Below are positions 18,022 to 27,765 of a stretch of DNA of 64,000 bases, piece after piece. Source of the DNA: Candidatus Saccharimonadota bacterium (lineage in GTDB: Bacteria; Patescibacteriota; Saccharimonadia; Saccharimonadales; AWTP1-31); NCBI GenBank assembly GCA_036826335.1, contig DAISWP010000001.1:65272-129271 (forward strand), given 5' to 3'. Made by a program: the position numbers and the translations under genes. Below the pieces are notes generated by a model, which was not told the origin of the DNA, did no database searches, and saw nothing but the letters and a program-made list of their open reading frames with translations. Every line of letters starts with the position of its first letter. Position 1 is the stretch's first letter.

Positions 18022-18780
18022 ATGGCAAAACCAATTTTAGAAGTTAATAACCTAAAAAAGATCTACGATAAAAAGTCCGTCGTTAAAGGCATCAGTTTTA
18101 CGGTACAAGAGGGGGAAATCTTTGGGATCCTTGGGCCAAACGGAGCGGGCAAGACAACTACACTTGAAATGATCGAGTCCCTGCGTCCTATAGATGGGGG
18201 CAGCGTAAAGCTTGATGGCATCGATGTAAGTGAGCAGCCCGAGAAAGTTAAAGCTCTCATTGGCGTGCAACCGCAAACACCTTCGTTTGAAGAAAAAACA
18301 AAACTTGTCGAGTTGATCGAGTTCTTTGCGTCAACCTATGGAGAAAAAGTGCACCCGCGTCACTTCTTGCGCAGCGTACAGCTCGAAGAAAAAGCCAATA
18401 GCTACGTCGAAGAACTTTCTGGTGGCCAGCGGCAACGCTTCAGCATTGCTGCAGCATTAGTGCATGGACCAAAGATTTTCTTTCTAGATGAACCAACAAC
18501 CGGCCTCGATCCACAGGCACGTCGTAATCTGTGGGACATGATCACCGATATTCGCAAGCGTGGTGTCACTGTTGTTCTCACTACTCATTATATGGACGAG
18601 GCAGAGTTGCTCTGTGACCGAGTTGCCATTATGGACAATGGGAAAATAATTGCCTTAGATTCACCCAAGAACCTGATAAAACAGCTATTGGCGAGAGGAT
18701 TCAAGAAAAAACAGGAGGTGAATCAGGCGAATCTGGACGATGTATTTATTGATCTAACAGGCAAAGCGCTAAGGAATTAA
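18022..18780 (+). CDS. ABC transporter ATP-binding protein
   Basis: Walker A GPNGAGKTT. Signature LSGGQRQR. Walker B FFLDEPTTGLD. Confidence 0.85.
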   Translation: MAKPILEVNNLKKIYDKKSVVKGISFTVQEGEIFGILGPNGAGKTTTLEMIESLRPIDGGSVKLDGIDVSEQPEKVKALIGVQPQTPSFEEKTKLVELIEFFASTYGEKVHPRHFLRSVQLEEKANSYVEELSGGQRQRFSIAAALVHGPKIFFLDEPTTGLDPQARRNLWDMITDIRKRGVTVVLTTHYMDEAELLCDRVAIMDNGKIIALDSPKNLIKQLLARGFKKKQEVNQANLDDVFIDLTGKALRN

Positions 18781-18781
18781 T

Positions 18782-19894
18782 ATGAAAGATCTTAAAAAAC
18801 AGTTTTTGCCAATCACCACGTTTGTCAGAATTGACGTTAAGCGATTGTTCCGCGACAAAGTAGCAATATTCTTTGTTTTTGTTTTCCCACTTATCTTCTT
18901 GGTAATCTTCGGATCCATTTTTAAAGGCAATGATGACGTCTCCTTTCGTGTCGGCCTATTAAACGAGTCACAAACCCAGTTTGCAAAAGAATTCGAAAAG
19001 CAGATTCGCGATAACAAGGTTTTCAAGGTTGATGCAAAGATAACGAGTTTGGATGCTGCCAAAGAAAAGATGAATCGGTCCCAGCTCGATGCAACCATCA
19101 TCTTGCCGAAAGACTTTGGCGAACAAAAGAAGGGTTTACCAAGTGGCCAGGCGACAGTGTTGTACGACCAAAGCAACCAACAGGCCGGGCAAACAATGGG
19201 CTCGATAATGGAGAGCGTTTTTAAAGGGATCAATGAGAAGCTTGCGCCATCTGTCACTCCTTTCTCAGTACAAACAAAGTCGACTGCAACGAAAGGATTG
19301 TCCCAGTTCGACTACACATTTTCCGGGATACTGGGCTTTACGCTTCTGTCCTTGGGCATATTCGGCCCAACCACCGTCTTCCCACGACTTAAGCAAAAAG
19401 GCGTACTTCGGCGCTACCATACCACCACGCTCAAAGTGTGGCAGTATTTTATTGGTAATGTCATTTCTAATGCAGTTGTCGGCCTCTTAGCGCTGGTCTT
19501 TATGTTTATGGCAGCGGTGCTGATTTTTGATCTAAACATGAGGGGTAACTATTTTAACCTTGTGGCTGTCGTTCTGCTCGGTACAACCATGTTATTTGGT
19601 GTCGGATTGTCATTGGGTGGATGGGCCAAGAATGAAAATCAAGCTGCCCCCTTAGCACAACTTGTAACGCTACCTATGATGTTCCTTTCGGGCGTATTCT
19701 TCCCGGTATTTCTTATGCCAGAGTTCCTACAGAAAATTACACAGTATATCCCATTGACGCCTGTTATCGAGTCGATTCGACGAATTATTACCGAGAATGC
19801 TAGTCTCGTTGACTTAGCCCCACAGCTGGGAGTCATGGCCGTGTGGACTATAGTTATTTACATCGTTGCCTTTCGCGTGTTCCGTTGGGAATAA
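18782..19894 (+). CDS. ABC-2 type permease
   Basis: Starts 2 nt after the ATPase stop. Six or more TM helices. Typical ABC-2 exporter topology. Confidence 0.75.
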   Translation: MKDLKKQFLPITTFVRIDVKRLFRDKVAIFFVFVFPLIFLVIFGSIFKGNDDVSFRVGLLNESQTQFAKEFEKQIRDNKVFKVDAKITSLDAAKEKMNRSQLDATIILPKDFGEQKKGLPSGQATVLYDQSNQQAGQTMGSIMESVFKGINEKLAPSVTPFSVQTKSTATKGLSQFDYTFSGILGFTLLSLGIFGPTTVFPRLKQKGVLRRYHTTTLKVWQYFIGNVISNAVVGLLALVFMFMAAVLIFDLNMRGNYFNLVAVVLLGTTMLFGVGLSLGGWAKNENQAAPLAQLVTLPMMFLSGVFFPVFLMPEFLQKITQYIPLTPVIESIRRIITENASLVDLAPQLGVMAVWTIVIYIVAFRVFRWE

Positions 19895-19929
19895 TTGCAA
19901 ATAGTAAGAAAATATGATAAGGTAAGTGT

Positions 19930-20367
19930 ATGACAGGCGAACAAGGCTCTCTTTTTGAAACTCCACCAGACCAGCGACCACCCGAACGCAGCATGGACGA
20001 AATTGCTGCACACATGGCTGCACATGCACCGGCCGATCCGTATGCTGCGCAAGAGGCAAGAGCGGCTGATATTGTTGAACAGCGAGATGGCGAAGATCTA
20101 GCAGCCGAGCAGACAGGATTCAGGGAAACAGCTCGGACTGACGAAGTGCAGCCAACAGAGCCAACTCCGACTTCTGTGCGCCCACTACGCACCACAAGAC
20201 GATTGATCGAAATGCCTCGTCAGGGACATAACAATTGGGGGCCACTTCCAACACGAGCACAGGCACAGGAAGGCTTAACAGATGCGCAAATACGCGAACA
20301 GCAGGAAGTAACTGCACGTGGCGCCGAAGCAGCCCGGGAAATGCTTCGAAGGACGCAGGACAGGTAA
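19930..20367 (+). CDS. Acidic, low-complexity hypothetical protein (145 aa)
   Basis: Disordered composition rich in E, A, R, Q, P and T. GC-richer than the neighbours. Its stop shares one nucleotide with the downstream start (TAATG). Confidence 0.45.
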   Translation: MTGEQGSLFETPPDQRPPERSMDEIAAHMAAHAPADPYAAQEARAADIVEQRDGEDLAAEQTGFRETARTDEVQPTEPTPTSVRPLRTTRRLIEMPRQGHNNWGPLPTRAQAQEGLTDAQIREQQEVTARGAEAAREMLRRTQDR

Positions 20368-21119
20368 TGCCCGATAGTCAGCAGGGAGTCTTGGGGTTTG
20401 ACCCAACCCCTGAAGCGATACCAGGGCAACTAGGCATGCTTGAGCGACTAGAGGTCGTGTCAAGAACACGGGGTTTTTTACCAACGACACACGACGAACT
20501 GAACGACGCTGTTGGTCTTATTGCATTTCAGGGTGAGCCTGGTCGATCTGCTCAGTACCTCAACGAAGTATTGCTCCACCAAAAAAAAGCTACTACGGTT
20601 GACCCCAAAATGGCAGTCCACAGCAAGACTGCAGAGTTCGCGGGCTTTGCTGGCTCAGCACAAGAAGATACGGGCCGACTGCTTTTACTCAAGGCAGATA
20701 TTGCCGAACTCATGAACCCCGCCGTACCGTTGCTAGAAGATATTGGTGATCGAACAGACGGTGGGGTTAGACAGCTTGTTCGTTTTATTGATCAGAGTAA
20801 ATTTCTGGAAAGCGGTGGCAAAGATCGACCTTTTTGGGATCCATTCAAAAAAGCTGCTCGCGTTCGTGGTCCCAATGGCGGCAGAACCATTCTTGATCCG
20901 TACAGTGTGCCAGAGCTAGACCCAAACGTTGTTGCCCGGATCGAGCGCGTGATGGCCAGGACAAGCGTTAAAGATGCACGTCTTTTGGTTGATCGAGCGA
21001 TTGCTGATCAAGAAAAAAGATTAGCATTCTGGGTAGATCGATTACGTGAGACAAGAGCACATGCATTGTCGCGCCCAATTGCTAATCGCGCACTTGAACA
21101 TCTTGGTGTGGCTGGCTAA
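20367..21119 (+). CDS. Hypothetical protein (250 aa), translationally coupled to the previous gene
   Basis: Start chosen at the ATG at 20367 (the track ORF starts upstream at 20235 with a non-protein-like N-terminus). No recognised domain. Confidence 0.5.
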   Translation: MPDSQQGVLGFDPTPEAIPGQLGMLERLEVVSRTRGFLPTTHDELNDAVGLIAFQGEPGRSAQYLNEVLLHQKKATTVDPKMAVHSKTAEFAGFAGSAQEDTGRLLLLKADIAELMNPAVPLLEDIGDRTDGGVRQLVRFIDQSKFLESGGKDRPFWDPFKKAARVRGPNGGRTILDPYSVPELDPNVVARIERVMARTSVKDARLLVDRAIADQEKRLAFWVDRLRETRAHALSRPIANRALEHLGVAG

Positions 21120-21122
21120 GGC

Positions 21123-22079
21123 ATGACAAACGTTTTAGAAAAACTGCCGCGACCGTTCTTTGTCCTTGCCCCAATGGATGATGTGACCGACACAGTCTTC
21201 CGTCAGATTATTGTCGGCACCGCAAAACCAGATCTCTTCTTTACTGAGTTCGTGAATGTAGATGGTCTGCAAAGTCCTGGGCGAAGTAAGCTACTGCCTA
21301 AGTTAGCATTTACAGAGAAAGAACAGCCAATTATTGCGCAAGTGTGGGGCAAGAATCCCGAAAATTATTACAAAACAGCCCAAGACATCAAGCAAATGGG
21401 GTTTGCTGGCATAGACATAAACATGGGGTGTCCAGTAAAAGCTGTCCTAAAAAACGGTTGCTGCGCAGCACTCATCAATAACAGGGGTCTAACAGGGGAG
21501 ATTCTACAGGCGGTTAGGGAAGGGGTTGGCCCGGACTTCCCTGTCAGTGTTAAAACACGACTGGGCTATGGCGCTATCGATTATTCGTGGCACGAGTATT
21601 TGTTACAGTATAAACTTAACATGTTAACTATACATGGGAGAACTGTCTCTCAAATGTCCAAAGTACCGGCCGATTGGGATGCAATTGGGCATATTGCAGA
21701 ACTTCGCACTTCCCTTTCGCCTGACACATTCGTTGTTGGCAATGGTGATGTTTTGACGCGTCAACAAGGTGTAGAACTTGCAGAGAAGCACGGGCTTGAC
21801 GGTATTATGATTGGCCGCGGCGTTTTTCATGATCCGTACGTTTTTTCATCGGCTAGCACATGGGCAGAGATGAACAAAGTGCAGCGGGTTGCATTGTATA
21901 CTTCACATGTTAAGCTTTTTGTAAAAACCCACCAAAATAATGAGCGCAAACTGCATACACTCAACAAATTCTGCAAAGTTTATATAGAGGGGTTCCCTGG
22001 CGCTAAAGAACTGCGCGAAAAACTCATGACGGCCCAGACAGCCGATGAGTTGCTTTCAATTCTCGACCAATCAGTGTAG
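21123..22079 (+). CDS. dus: tRNA-dihydrouridine synthase
   Basis: LAPMDDVTDTVFRQI, INMGCPVKAV and related TIM-barrel Dus motifs. Confidence 0.8.
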   Translation: MTNVLEKLPRPFFVLAPMDDVTDTVFRQIIVGTAKPDLFFTEFVNVDGLQSPGRSKLLPKLAFTEKEQPIIAQVWGKNPENYYKTAQDIKQMGFAGIDINMGCPVKAVLKNGCCAALINNRGLTGEILQAVREGVGPDFPVSVKTRLGYGAIDYSWHEYLLQYKLNMLTIHGRTVSQMSKVPADWDAIGHIAELRTSLSPDTFVVGNGDVLTRQQGVELAEKHGLDGIMIGRGVFHDPYVFSSASTWAEMNKVQRVALYTSHVKLFVKTHQNNERKLHTLNKFCKVYIEGFPGAKELREKLMTAQTADELLSILDQSV

Positions 22080-22103
22080 AGAAAGAGAAGAGCGAACGAT
22101 AGC

Positions 22104-22754
22104 CTATGTAGCCAAAGGGCTACTACGCAGCGCGGATCGTATGAGCGTAAATGGCTGCGTAAAAACCGCGTTAATATCGTTACCCAAAGATGCCGTTTCG
22201 AATGCCTGAATATCGAGCTTCATGACAGTGCGAATCACCTCGCCATTTTCTAGATAGTACCCAACGTCGTGCGTATATGCTTGACCGGCTCCGAATAATC
22301 CGGGGTTTTTTTCATAGCAATAATACCAATCCTGGAAAAGCCAGGGGTCAACACTCTGTCGCTGTTCCAGCACGATTGGTACTTGTGGCCTTACCCCAAC
22401 GAGACTCATATCCCCCGTTAGGATGTTGGTAAATTGCGGCCATTCGTCCAGACCAACTTTTCTCACAAATTTTGCAAATATTGTCGCGCGAGGGTCTGTT
22501 GGACCAAATGTTTCGAATAAGTCACTGGCTCCCTGCTCCGATAGAGTTCGCAACTTGTTTACGATAAACGGGTTAGAGTTACGACCTATGCGCTCTTGCC
22601 TAAATAACGGGTTTGGCCGCCGTTGCTGAATACACAGACCTAGTGCTGCCGCACCAGCGAGTGGGGCGGCGCCTATCGCCAGTAACCCAGCACCTATAAC
22701 GTCAAACGCTCTCTTCTCGGGGCTTTGTATGTAGGCTTCTCCTGTTTTACTCAT
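22104..22754 (-). CDS. Polyprenyl-phosphate sugar-phosphate transferase (bacterial sugar transferase family, WbaP/WcaJ C-terminal-domain type)
   Basis: KRAFDVIGAGLLAI...LDEWPQFTNILTGDMSLVGVRPQVP signature. Confidence 0.75.
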   Translation of the reverse strand: MSKTGEAYIQSPEKRAFDVIGAGLLAIGAAPLAGAAALGLCIQQRRPNPLFRQERIGRNSNPFIVNKLRTLSEQGASDLFETFGPTDPRATIFAKFVRKVGLDEWPQFTNILTGDMSLVGVRPQVPIVLEQRQSVDPWLFQDWYYCYEKNPGLFGAGQAYTHDVGYYLENGEVIRTVMKLDIQAFETASLGNDINAVFTQPFTLIRSALRSSPLAT

Positions 22755-23515
22755 ATTCTGTCCAAGAATTCTGCCAGCAGCTCAGCTTGTTGTAGTATCA
22801 AATCGTGACCCCCTTGATTATCTGTGCCGTCAATAGGCTCAGCATCAATGAGTCGGAGTGTTTCTGCTGTACCAACAAGACGAAAATTATCGACCCCGTT
22901 GAGGTCTGGTACCAGCCCTGCATCGTCGTCACATAAGAAAGTGCCTTCAGCCAAGCCCATTAGTTGTGGTTTGCCATCAGGTTGTCGCCCGCAGTAGTCT
23001 GCTATGCCTCGTTCATTAAGGTCTAGTGTATTCGTTCTAAAAAGATCAAGATCCCTACCAGGAACAAACGGCTGATGGCCAATAACTGCCATATAGCCAC
23101 CAAGTGGGTGGGGGTCGATTGAGAAGGTTTGGGCAACCACTGTCGTCCCTAGATGCTCGGAAAGGTTGTCGCACATAGCTTGGCGTTCAGTTGCGAAGAC
23201 TTGCCTCATTCCATCGGTCATTCCTACAGTATCTCGATAAACTTTGAGTACTTGGTCGCCATCTCTATACACGGAAGACCAGGCTCCATTCCCTACGTAG
23301 CGCATACCGCAGATGACTTTCGTTAAACCACTGAGGCTCTTTGTGGCGGCTGACCTATGTTGGGCGGTAAAGGCATCAAGGGCAAGTGCTATTCGTGCGC
23401 TGACTTGTCCGTCCATACGTGCAATTTCTTCTCTGCGCTTTGCGCGCATAGCCTCGTTTGCAGCTGGCCCGTGAACGGCCAAACTAAGTTCTAGCGTTCT
23501 GGCTATTCGTCTCAT
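22751..23515 (-). CDS. Protein-kinase-like fold protein (APH/choline-kinase/LPS-kinase-like)
   Basis: Gly-rich loop GNGAWSSVY then LKVYR (VAIK-like). Distal LIDAEP (IDxE, DFG-equivalent). 4-nt overlap with the sugar transferase start. Confidence 0.5.
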   Translation of the reverse strand: MRRIARTLELSLAVHGPAANEAMRAKRREEIARMDGQVSARIALALDAFTAQHRSAATKSLSGLTKVICGMRYVGNGAWSSVYRDGDQVLKVYRDTVGMTDGMRQVFATERQAMCDNLSEHLGTTVVAQTFSIDPHPLGGYMAVIGHQPFVPGRDLDLFRTNTLDLNERGIADYCGRQPDGKPQLMGLAEGTFLCDDDAGLVPDLNGVDNFRLVGTAETLRLIDAEPIDGTDNQGGHDLILQQAELLAEFLDRI

Positions 23516-23592
23516 CGTTCGAGTTTAAACATTACATATTACCGAGTTATATAAACCAGCTCTTCTCTTGGAAGTACAAATTGATTATGTTT

Positions 23593-23668
23593 TGGTGGGG
23601 GTGGTAGGAATCGAACCTACTACCAAGTGGTTATGAGCCGCCTGCTCTAACCGATGAGCTACACCCCC
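23593..23668 (-). tRNA. tRNA with CAU anticodon (elongator Met or Ile2/lysidine type)
   Basis: Minus-strand cloverleaf GGGGGTG-TA-GCTC...GAGC-A-GGCGG-CTCATAA-CCACT-...GTAGG-TTCGATT-CCTAC-CACCCCC-A-CCA. One C-A mismatch in the anticodon stem. Confidence 0.75.
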
Positions 23669-23713
23669 ACGTGTATGGTTAGATAACAGGGGAAAGTATA
23701 GCAGATGTAGGGG

Positions 23714-24199
23714 TTGTCCCCAAGAAGTTATATAATGGTGAGGATGCTAGAGAAAATAAAAAAAGCTCAAAAAAACCAGTATATTAAAATGCTCAACGAT
23801 ACTAGGGTGCTTGGTCTCCTCGCTTTTGGCTTAGTGGCGGTTTTAGTTACGTGGAGCGGGATTAAAGCGGTACAGACGAACTACGGCCTGCAGAAACAGA
23901 TAGCAAATATTAAGCAACAGAATAGTGTTAAAAAGTTAGAGAACGATAACCAGCGCCTCCGGAATGAGTATTATAAGACGGATGAATTTTTAGAACTGGC
24001 CGCGCGCCGCCAGTTTGGCAAGGCTGCACCAGGAGAGCGGGTCTACCTGGTATCTAAGAAAGTTGCACGTGCTTATGCCGACGTACCAACAGGTGAGCAA
24101 ACGAACAATGAAACGCCAAAAACGACAAAGCCAGCCTATCAAAAGAATTTTGAGGCTTGGATGAACTTCTTCTTGCATCGTTCCCAAAACCAAAACTAG
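23714..24199 (+). CDS. FtsB/DivIC-like septum-formation initiator (TM + coiled coil)
   Basis: TM segment GLLAFGLVAVLVTWSGI followed by a heptad-like coiled coil (QKQIANIKQQNSVKKLENDNQRLRNEYYK). Confidence 0.45.
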   Translation: MSPRSYIMVRMLEKIKKAQKNQYIKMLNDTRVLGLLAFGLVAVLVTWSGIKAVQTNYGLQKQIANIKQQNSVKKLENDNQRLRNEYYKTDEFLELAARRQFGKAAPGERVYLVSKKVARAYADVPTGEQTNNETPKTTKPAYQKNFEAWMNFFLHRSQNQN

Positions 24200-24241
24200 C
24201 CTTCCCCAAAGTGGCACCAAACAGGTACAATAAGCGTAAGC

Positions 24242-26590
24242 ATGAATAGTGAAGACCAAGCTTTCGACCGGTATTTACGCACGGTAAATTACCTCACTGC
24301 AGCACAGATATTTCTGCAAGATAATTTCTTGCTCGAAAGACCGCTAAAAGCCGACGATATTAAACCACGGCTACTCGGCCATTGGGGCTCTGGTCCGGGG
24401 GTTAACTTTGCGTACGCCCACCTGAGCAATCTTGCCAAAAAACACAACCAGGGCATGCTTTTTGTCCTAGGGCCTGGGCATGCGTTCCCATCCCTGCAAG
24501 CGAACTTATTCTTAGAGAAAACGTTGGAAGAGTATTACCCAGAGGCAACGCAAACGTACGAGGGCATTGCCTATCTCTGTAGGAACTTCAGTTGGCCATA
24601 CGGATTCCCCAGTCACAGTAATCCCGGAACACCAGGGGTAATTCTAGAAGGAGGCGAGCTAGGCTATTCGTTATCGACATCATATGGTGCAGCCATGGAT
24701 AATCCGGACCTTTTAGTGGCGTGCCTAGTAGGTGATGGCGAGGCAGAAACCGGACCAACTGCCACGGCTTGGCACTTAAACAAGCTGGTAAATCCACGAA
24801 CGAGTGGTGCTGTCTTGCCTATTCTTCACCTCAATGGCTACAAGATCTCTGCGCCAACTATTTTTGGTCGCATGACAGACGATGAGTTAATTGCGCTTTT
24901 CACTGGCTACGGCTACAACCCCAAAATTGTCAGCGGCACAGACATGCAATTGGTTCACCAGCAAATGCAGCAAACTTTAGAAGAGTCATACGGCGAAATT
25001 CAAGCGATCAAGAACTCAACAGGTACCGACTTTCCGCGTATGCCCATGATCATCATGCGCACCCTAAAAGGCTGGACGGGCGTCAAAGAATTGAAAGGGC
25101 AGAAAATAGAAGGTAACTGTTTGTCGCACCAGGTTGTCCTGACCGAGGCAAAGACCGATCCAGAGCAGCTGAAATTATTAAACGACTGGCTATCTTCTTA
25201 TAACATCCAGGAACTATTCAGCAAACAAGCAGGTTTTGGTGCGTTTGTAGACGAGGTCTTGCCGAGTAAAGAATTGCGCATGGGTGCTAACAAACACGCA
25301 CTTGGTGGGGATAAAACCTACACCCCGCTCAAACTACCCGCTGCCGAAACCTTCTCGGAACCAACACCCGCACCTGGCACGATTGGTTCAAGCAGCATGC
25401 GTCGAGCAGGACTTTATTTGAGTGAGGTATTTCGTTTGAATGAGGAGACAAAAAACTTTCGACTTATGTCCCCAGACGAAACGTACTCGAACAAACTAGA
25501 TGATGTCTTTAAGGTAACAAAACGTGCCTGGATGCTTCCGATAGAATCTTGGGATAAAGATTTAGCGCAGGACGGTCGAGTCATGGAAATGCTAAGTGAA
25601 CATAACTTGCAAGGCCTCAGCCAAGGCTATATCTTGACGGGTCGACACGCAGTATTTGCATCCTATGAGGCATTTGTACAAGTGGTTGGCAGTATGATGG
25701 ATCAGTACGCAAAATTCCTGAGACAATCGTTGGAAATTCCGTGGCGCGGTGCAATACCATCGCTGAACTACATTCTAACTTCTTCTGGTTGGCGCCAAGA
25801 GCATAACGGCTTTTCACACCAGAACCCTGGTTTTATCGACGATGTGTTGTCGCGCCAGGGCGACTTTGTGGATGTATTCTTCCCGCCGGATGGCAATACT
25901 ACCCTTGCAGTACTGGAACATTGCCTGGGGACGACACGGCAAATAAATGTCATAGTCGCCGGCAAAACCCAAGAGCCAAGGTGGCTCACTACACAGCAAG
26001 CCAAACAGGCACTACAAACCGGCATTATGACCTGGGATTTTGCGAGTGACGAGAATCCGGATGTTGTGTTGGCAGCGGCAGGAGATTACCTCACAAAAGA
26101 AGCCTTAGCTGCTATACAAATCGTAAAAGCCGACTGGGCAGACGCTCGTTTGCGGTTTGTAAACATTCTGTCACTTACAAGCTGCGGACTTGGGCGTAGT
26201 GGGCTGTGTCTTACGCGGGAAGGCTTCAACCAGCTGTTCACCCCGGATAAGCCCGTTATATGCAATTTCCACGGCTATCCAGAAACGCTCAAGGCAATTG
26301 TGTTCGACTACATCAGTACGTCTCCCCAACGGTTTACGGTCAATGGCTACATAGAGAGTGGTTCTACGACCACGCCATTCGATATGCACGTACGTAACAA
26401 AACCAGTCGGTACCATTTAGCAATGGATGTTTTGCACAAGCTTTCTGCCAGCGGTCGAATTCCTTACGAAGAGGCTAAACACACGATTGCAAAATACCAG
26501 CAGTGCATAGATGACAACATGGCGTATATTAAGAAGTATGGTGTCGATAAGACAGAGATCGAGGGGTGGGAATGGCAGGCAAAAAACTAA
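24242..26590 (+). CDS. xfp: Xylulose-5-phosphate/fructose-6-phosphate phosphoketolase
   Basis: N-terminal GHWGSGPGVNFAYAHLSNLAKKH and EGGELGYSLS motifs. 782 aa, typical length. Confidence 0.85.
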   Translation: MNSEDQAFDRYLRTVNYLTAAQIFLQDNFLLERPLKADDIKPRLLGHWGSGPGVNFAYAHLSNLAKKHNQGMLFVLGPGHAFPSLQANLFLEKTLEEYYPEATQTYEGIAYLCRNFSWPYGFPSHSNPGTPGVILEGGELGYSLSTSYGAAMDNPDLLVACLVGDGEAETGPTATAWHLNKLVNPRTSGAVLPILHLNGYKISAPTIFGRMTDDELIALFTGYGYNPKIVSGTDMQLVHQQMQQTLEESYGEIQAIKNSTGTDFPRMPMIIMRTLKGWTGVKELKGQKIEGNCLSHQVVLTEAKTDPEQLKLLNDWLSSYNIQELFSKQAGFGAFVDEVLPSKELRMGANKHALGGDKTYTPLKLPAAETFSEPTPAPGTIGSSSMRRAGLYLSEVFRLNEETKNFRLMSPDETYSNKLDDVFKVTKRAWMLPIESWDKDLAQDGRVMEMLSEHNLQGLSQGYILTGRHAVFASYEAFVQVVGSMMDQYAKFLRQSLEIPWRGAIPSLNYILTSSGWRQEHNGFSHQNPGFIDDVLSRQGDFVDVFFPPDGNTTLAVLEHCLGTTRQINVIVAGKTQEPRWLTTQQAKQALQTGIMTWDFASDENPDVVLAAAGDYLTKEALAAIQIVKADWADARLRFVNILSLTSCGLGRSGLCLTREGFNQLFTPDKPVICNFHGYPETLKAIVFDYISTSPQRFTVNGYIESGSTTTPFDMHVRNKTSRYHLAMDVLHKLSASGRIPYEEAKHTIAKYQQCIDDNMAYIKKYGVDKTEIEGWEWQAKN

Positions 26591-27762
26591 CCCTTATTGC
26601 TAATCCGGGCAGTGCCAGCCGTAAGTATGCCCTGTACGACGATAGGACGCTTTTGGCATCGCTGCATTTCGAGAATCTTGGCAAAAGAGTTGTGTATTCA
26701 TATTGGAGTCTCGATAAAAACATTGAGTTAAAAGACGCAAAGGTTAGTCATCTTGCCTTTGCTGCTACAAAATTAAGAAATCTCCTGAGTACAAACCTGT
26801 CCGTAGACGTTAACGATATTAGCGCAATTGGTATGCGTGTTGTTGCGCCATCAAGTTACTTCCAAAAGTCATGTTTGCTTACCGGCCGAAGTATTGAGCT
26901 TCTTGAAGGGCTAGAGCCAAGGGCTTCTTTGCACATCAATGCAACGCTACAAGAAATAAAGTTACTAGGCGCGGAGTTCCCTACTGCAAAAATTGTTGGT
27001 GCTTCCGACAGCGCTTTTCATGCCAACAAACCTGCATATGCTGCGGGCTATGGCATCTCTGCCAGTGATGCAAAAAAACTAGACATCCAGCGCTATGGAT
27101 ATCATGGTCTTTCCGTTGCTTCGGCCGTAAGCACCTTGCACCTGGCAAAGAAGCTCCCCGCGCGTTTGATCGTCTGCCATTTAGGTAGCGGTGTTAGTGT
27201 TACGGCAGTCAAGAATGGTAAAAGCATAGATAACACAATGGGCTACTCCCCATTAGAAGGCCCAGTTATGGCAACCCGAAGTGGCTCGATCGACCCAACC
27301 GCTACGCAGGTTATAAAAAAGCAATTGTCTCTCGACGAGGAAGGCTTGCAGCTGTACCTAAATCACCGAAGCGGGCTTAAGGGCATCAGTGGTGTCTCGG
27401 ATGATATTCGCGAATTGCTCGAAGCGGAAAAAAAGGGCAGTGAACCTGCAAAACTTGCACTGAAGATGTATGTGTATCGTATCCAACAAGCCATCGGCCA
27501 GATGGTTGCAGCCCTTGGTGGCGTAGACGCCATTGTATTCACCGGAACCGTTGGGGAGCGCTCCGCCGAAATGCGGCGGCGTATTACAGCAAAGTTACTG
27601 TATCTTGGTATTGCGTTAGACCCAAAGAGTAATCACAACTTGGCAGCCGCGATAGACGTCGTCTCAATTAGCCCCAAACACCATCCAGCCAATCTCTATG
27701 TGGTGCCGGCAAACGAAGCTAGTCGGATTCTTTTAGAAGTAGATAAAGTACTTAACAAGTAA
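26572..27762 (+). CDS. ackA: Acetate kinase
   Basis: LTLIANPGSAS... (N-terminal ATP motif), GYHGLS, VCHLGSGVSVTAV. Overlaps the xfp 3' end by 19 nt. GAGGGGTGGG SD. Confidence 0.85.
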   Translation: MAGKKLTLIANPGSASRKYALYDDRTLLASLHFENLGKRVVYSYWSLDKNIELKDAKVSHLAFAATKLRNLLSTNLSVDVNDISAIGMRVVAPSSYFQKSCLLTGRSIELLEGLEPRASLHINATLQEIKLLGAEFPTAKIVGASDSAFHANKPAYAAGYGISASDAKKLDIQRYGYHGLSVASAVSTLHLAKKLPARLIVCHLGSGVSVTAVKNGKSIDNTMGYSPLEGPVMATRSGSIDPTATQVIKKQLSLDEEGLQLYLNHRSGLKGISGVSDDIRELLEAEKKGSEPAKLALKMYVYRIQQAIGQMVAALGGVDAIVFTGTVGERSAEMRRRITAKLLYLGIALDPKSNHNLAAAIDVVSISPKHHPANLYVVPANEASRILLEVDKVLNK

Positions 27763-27765
27763 AGT

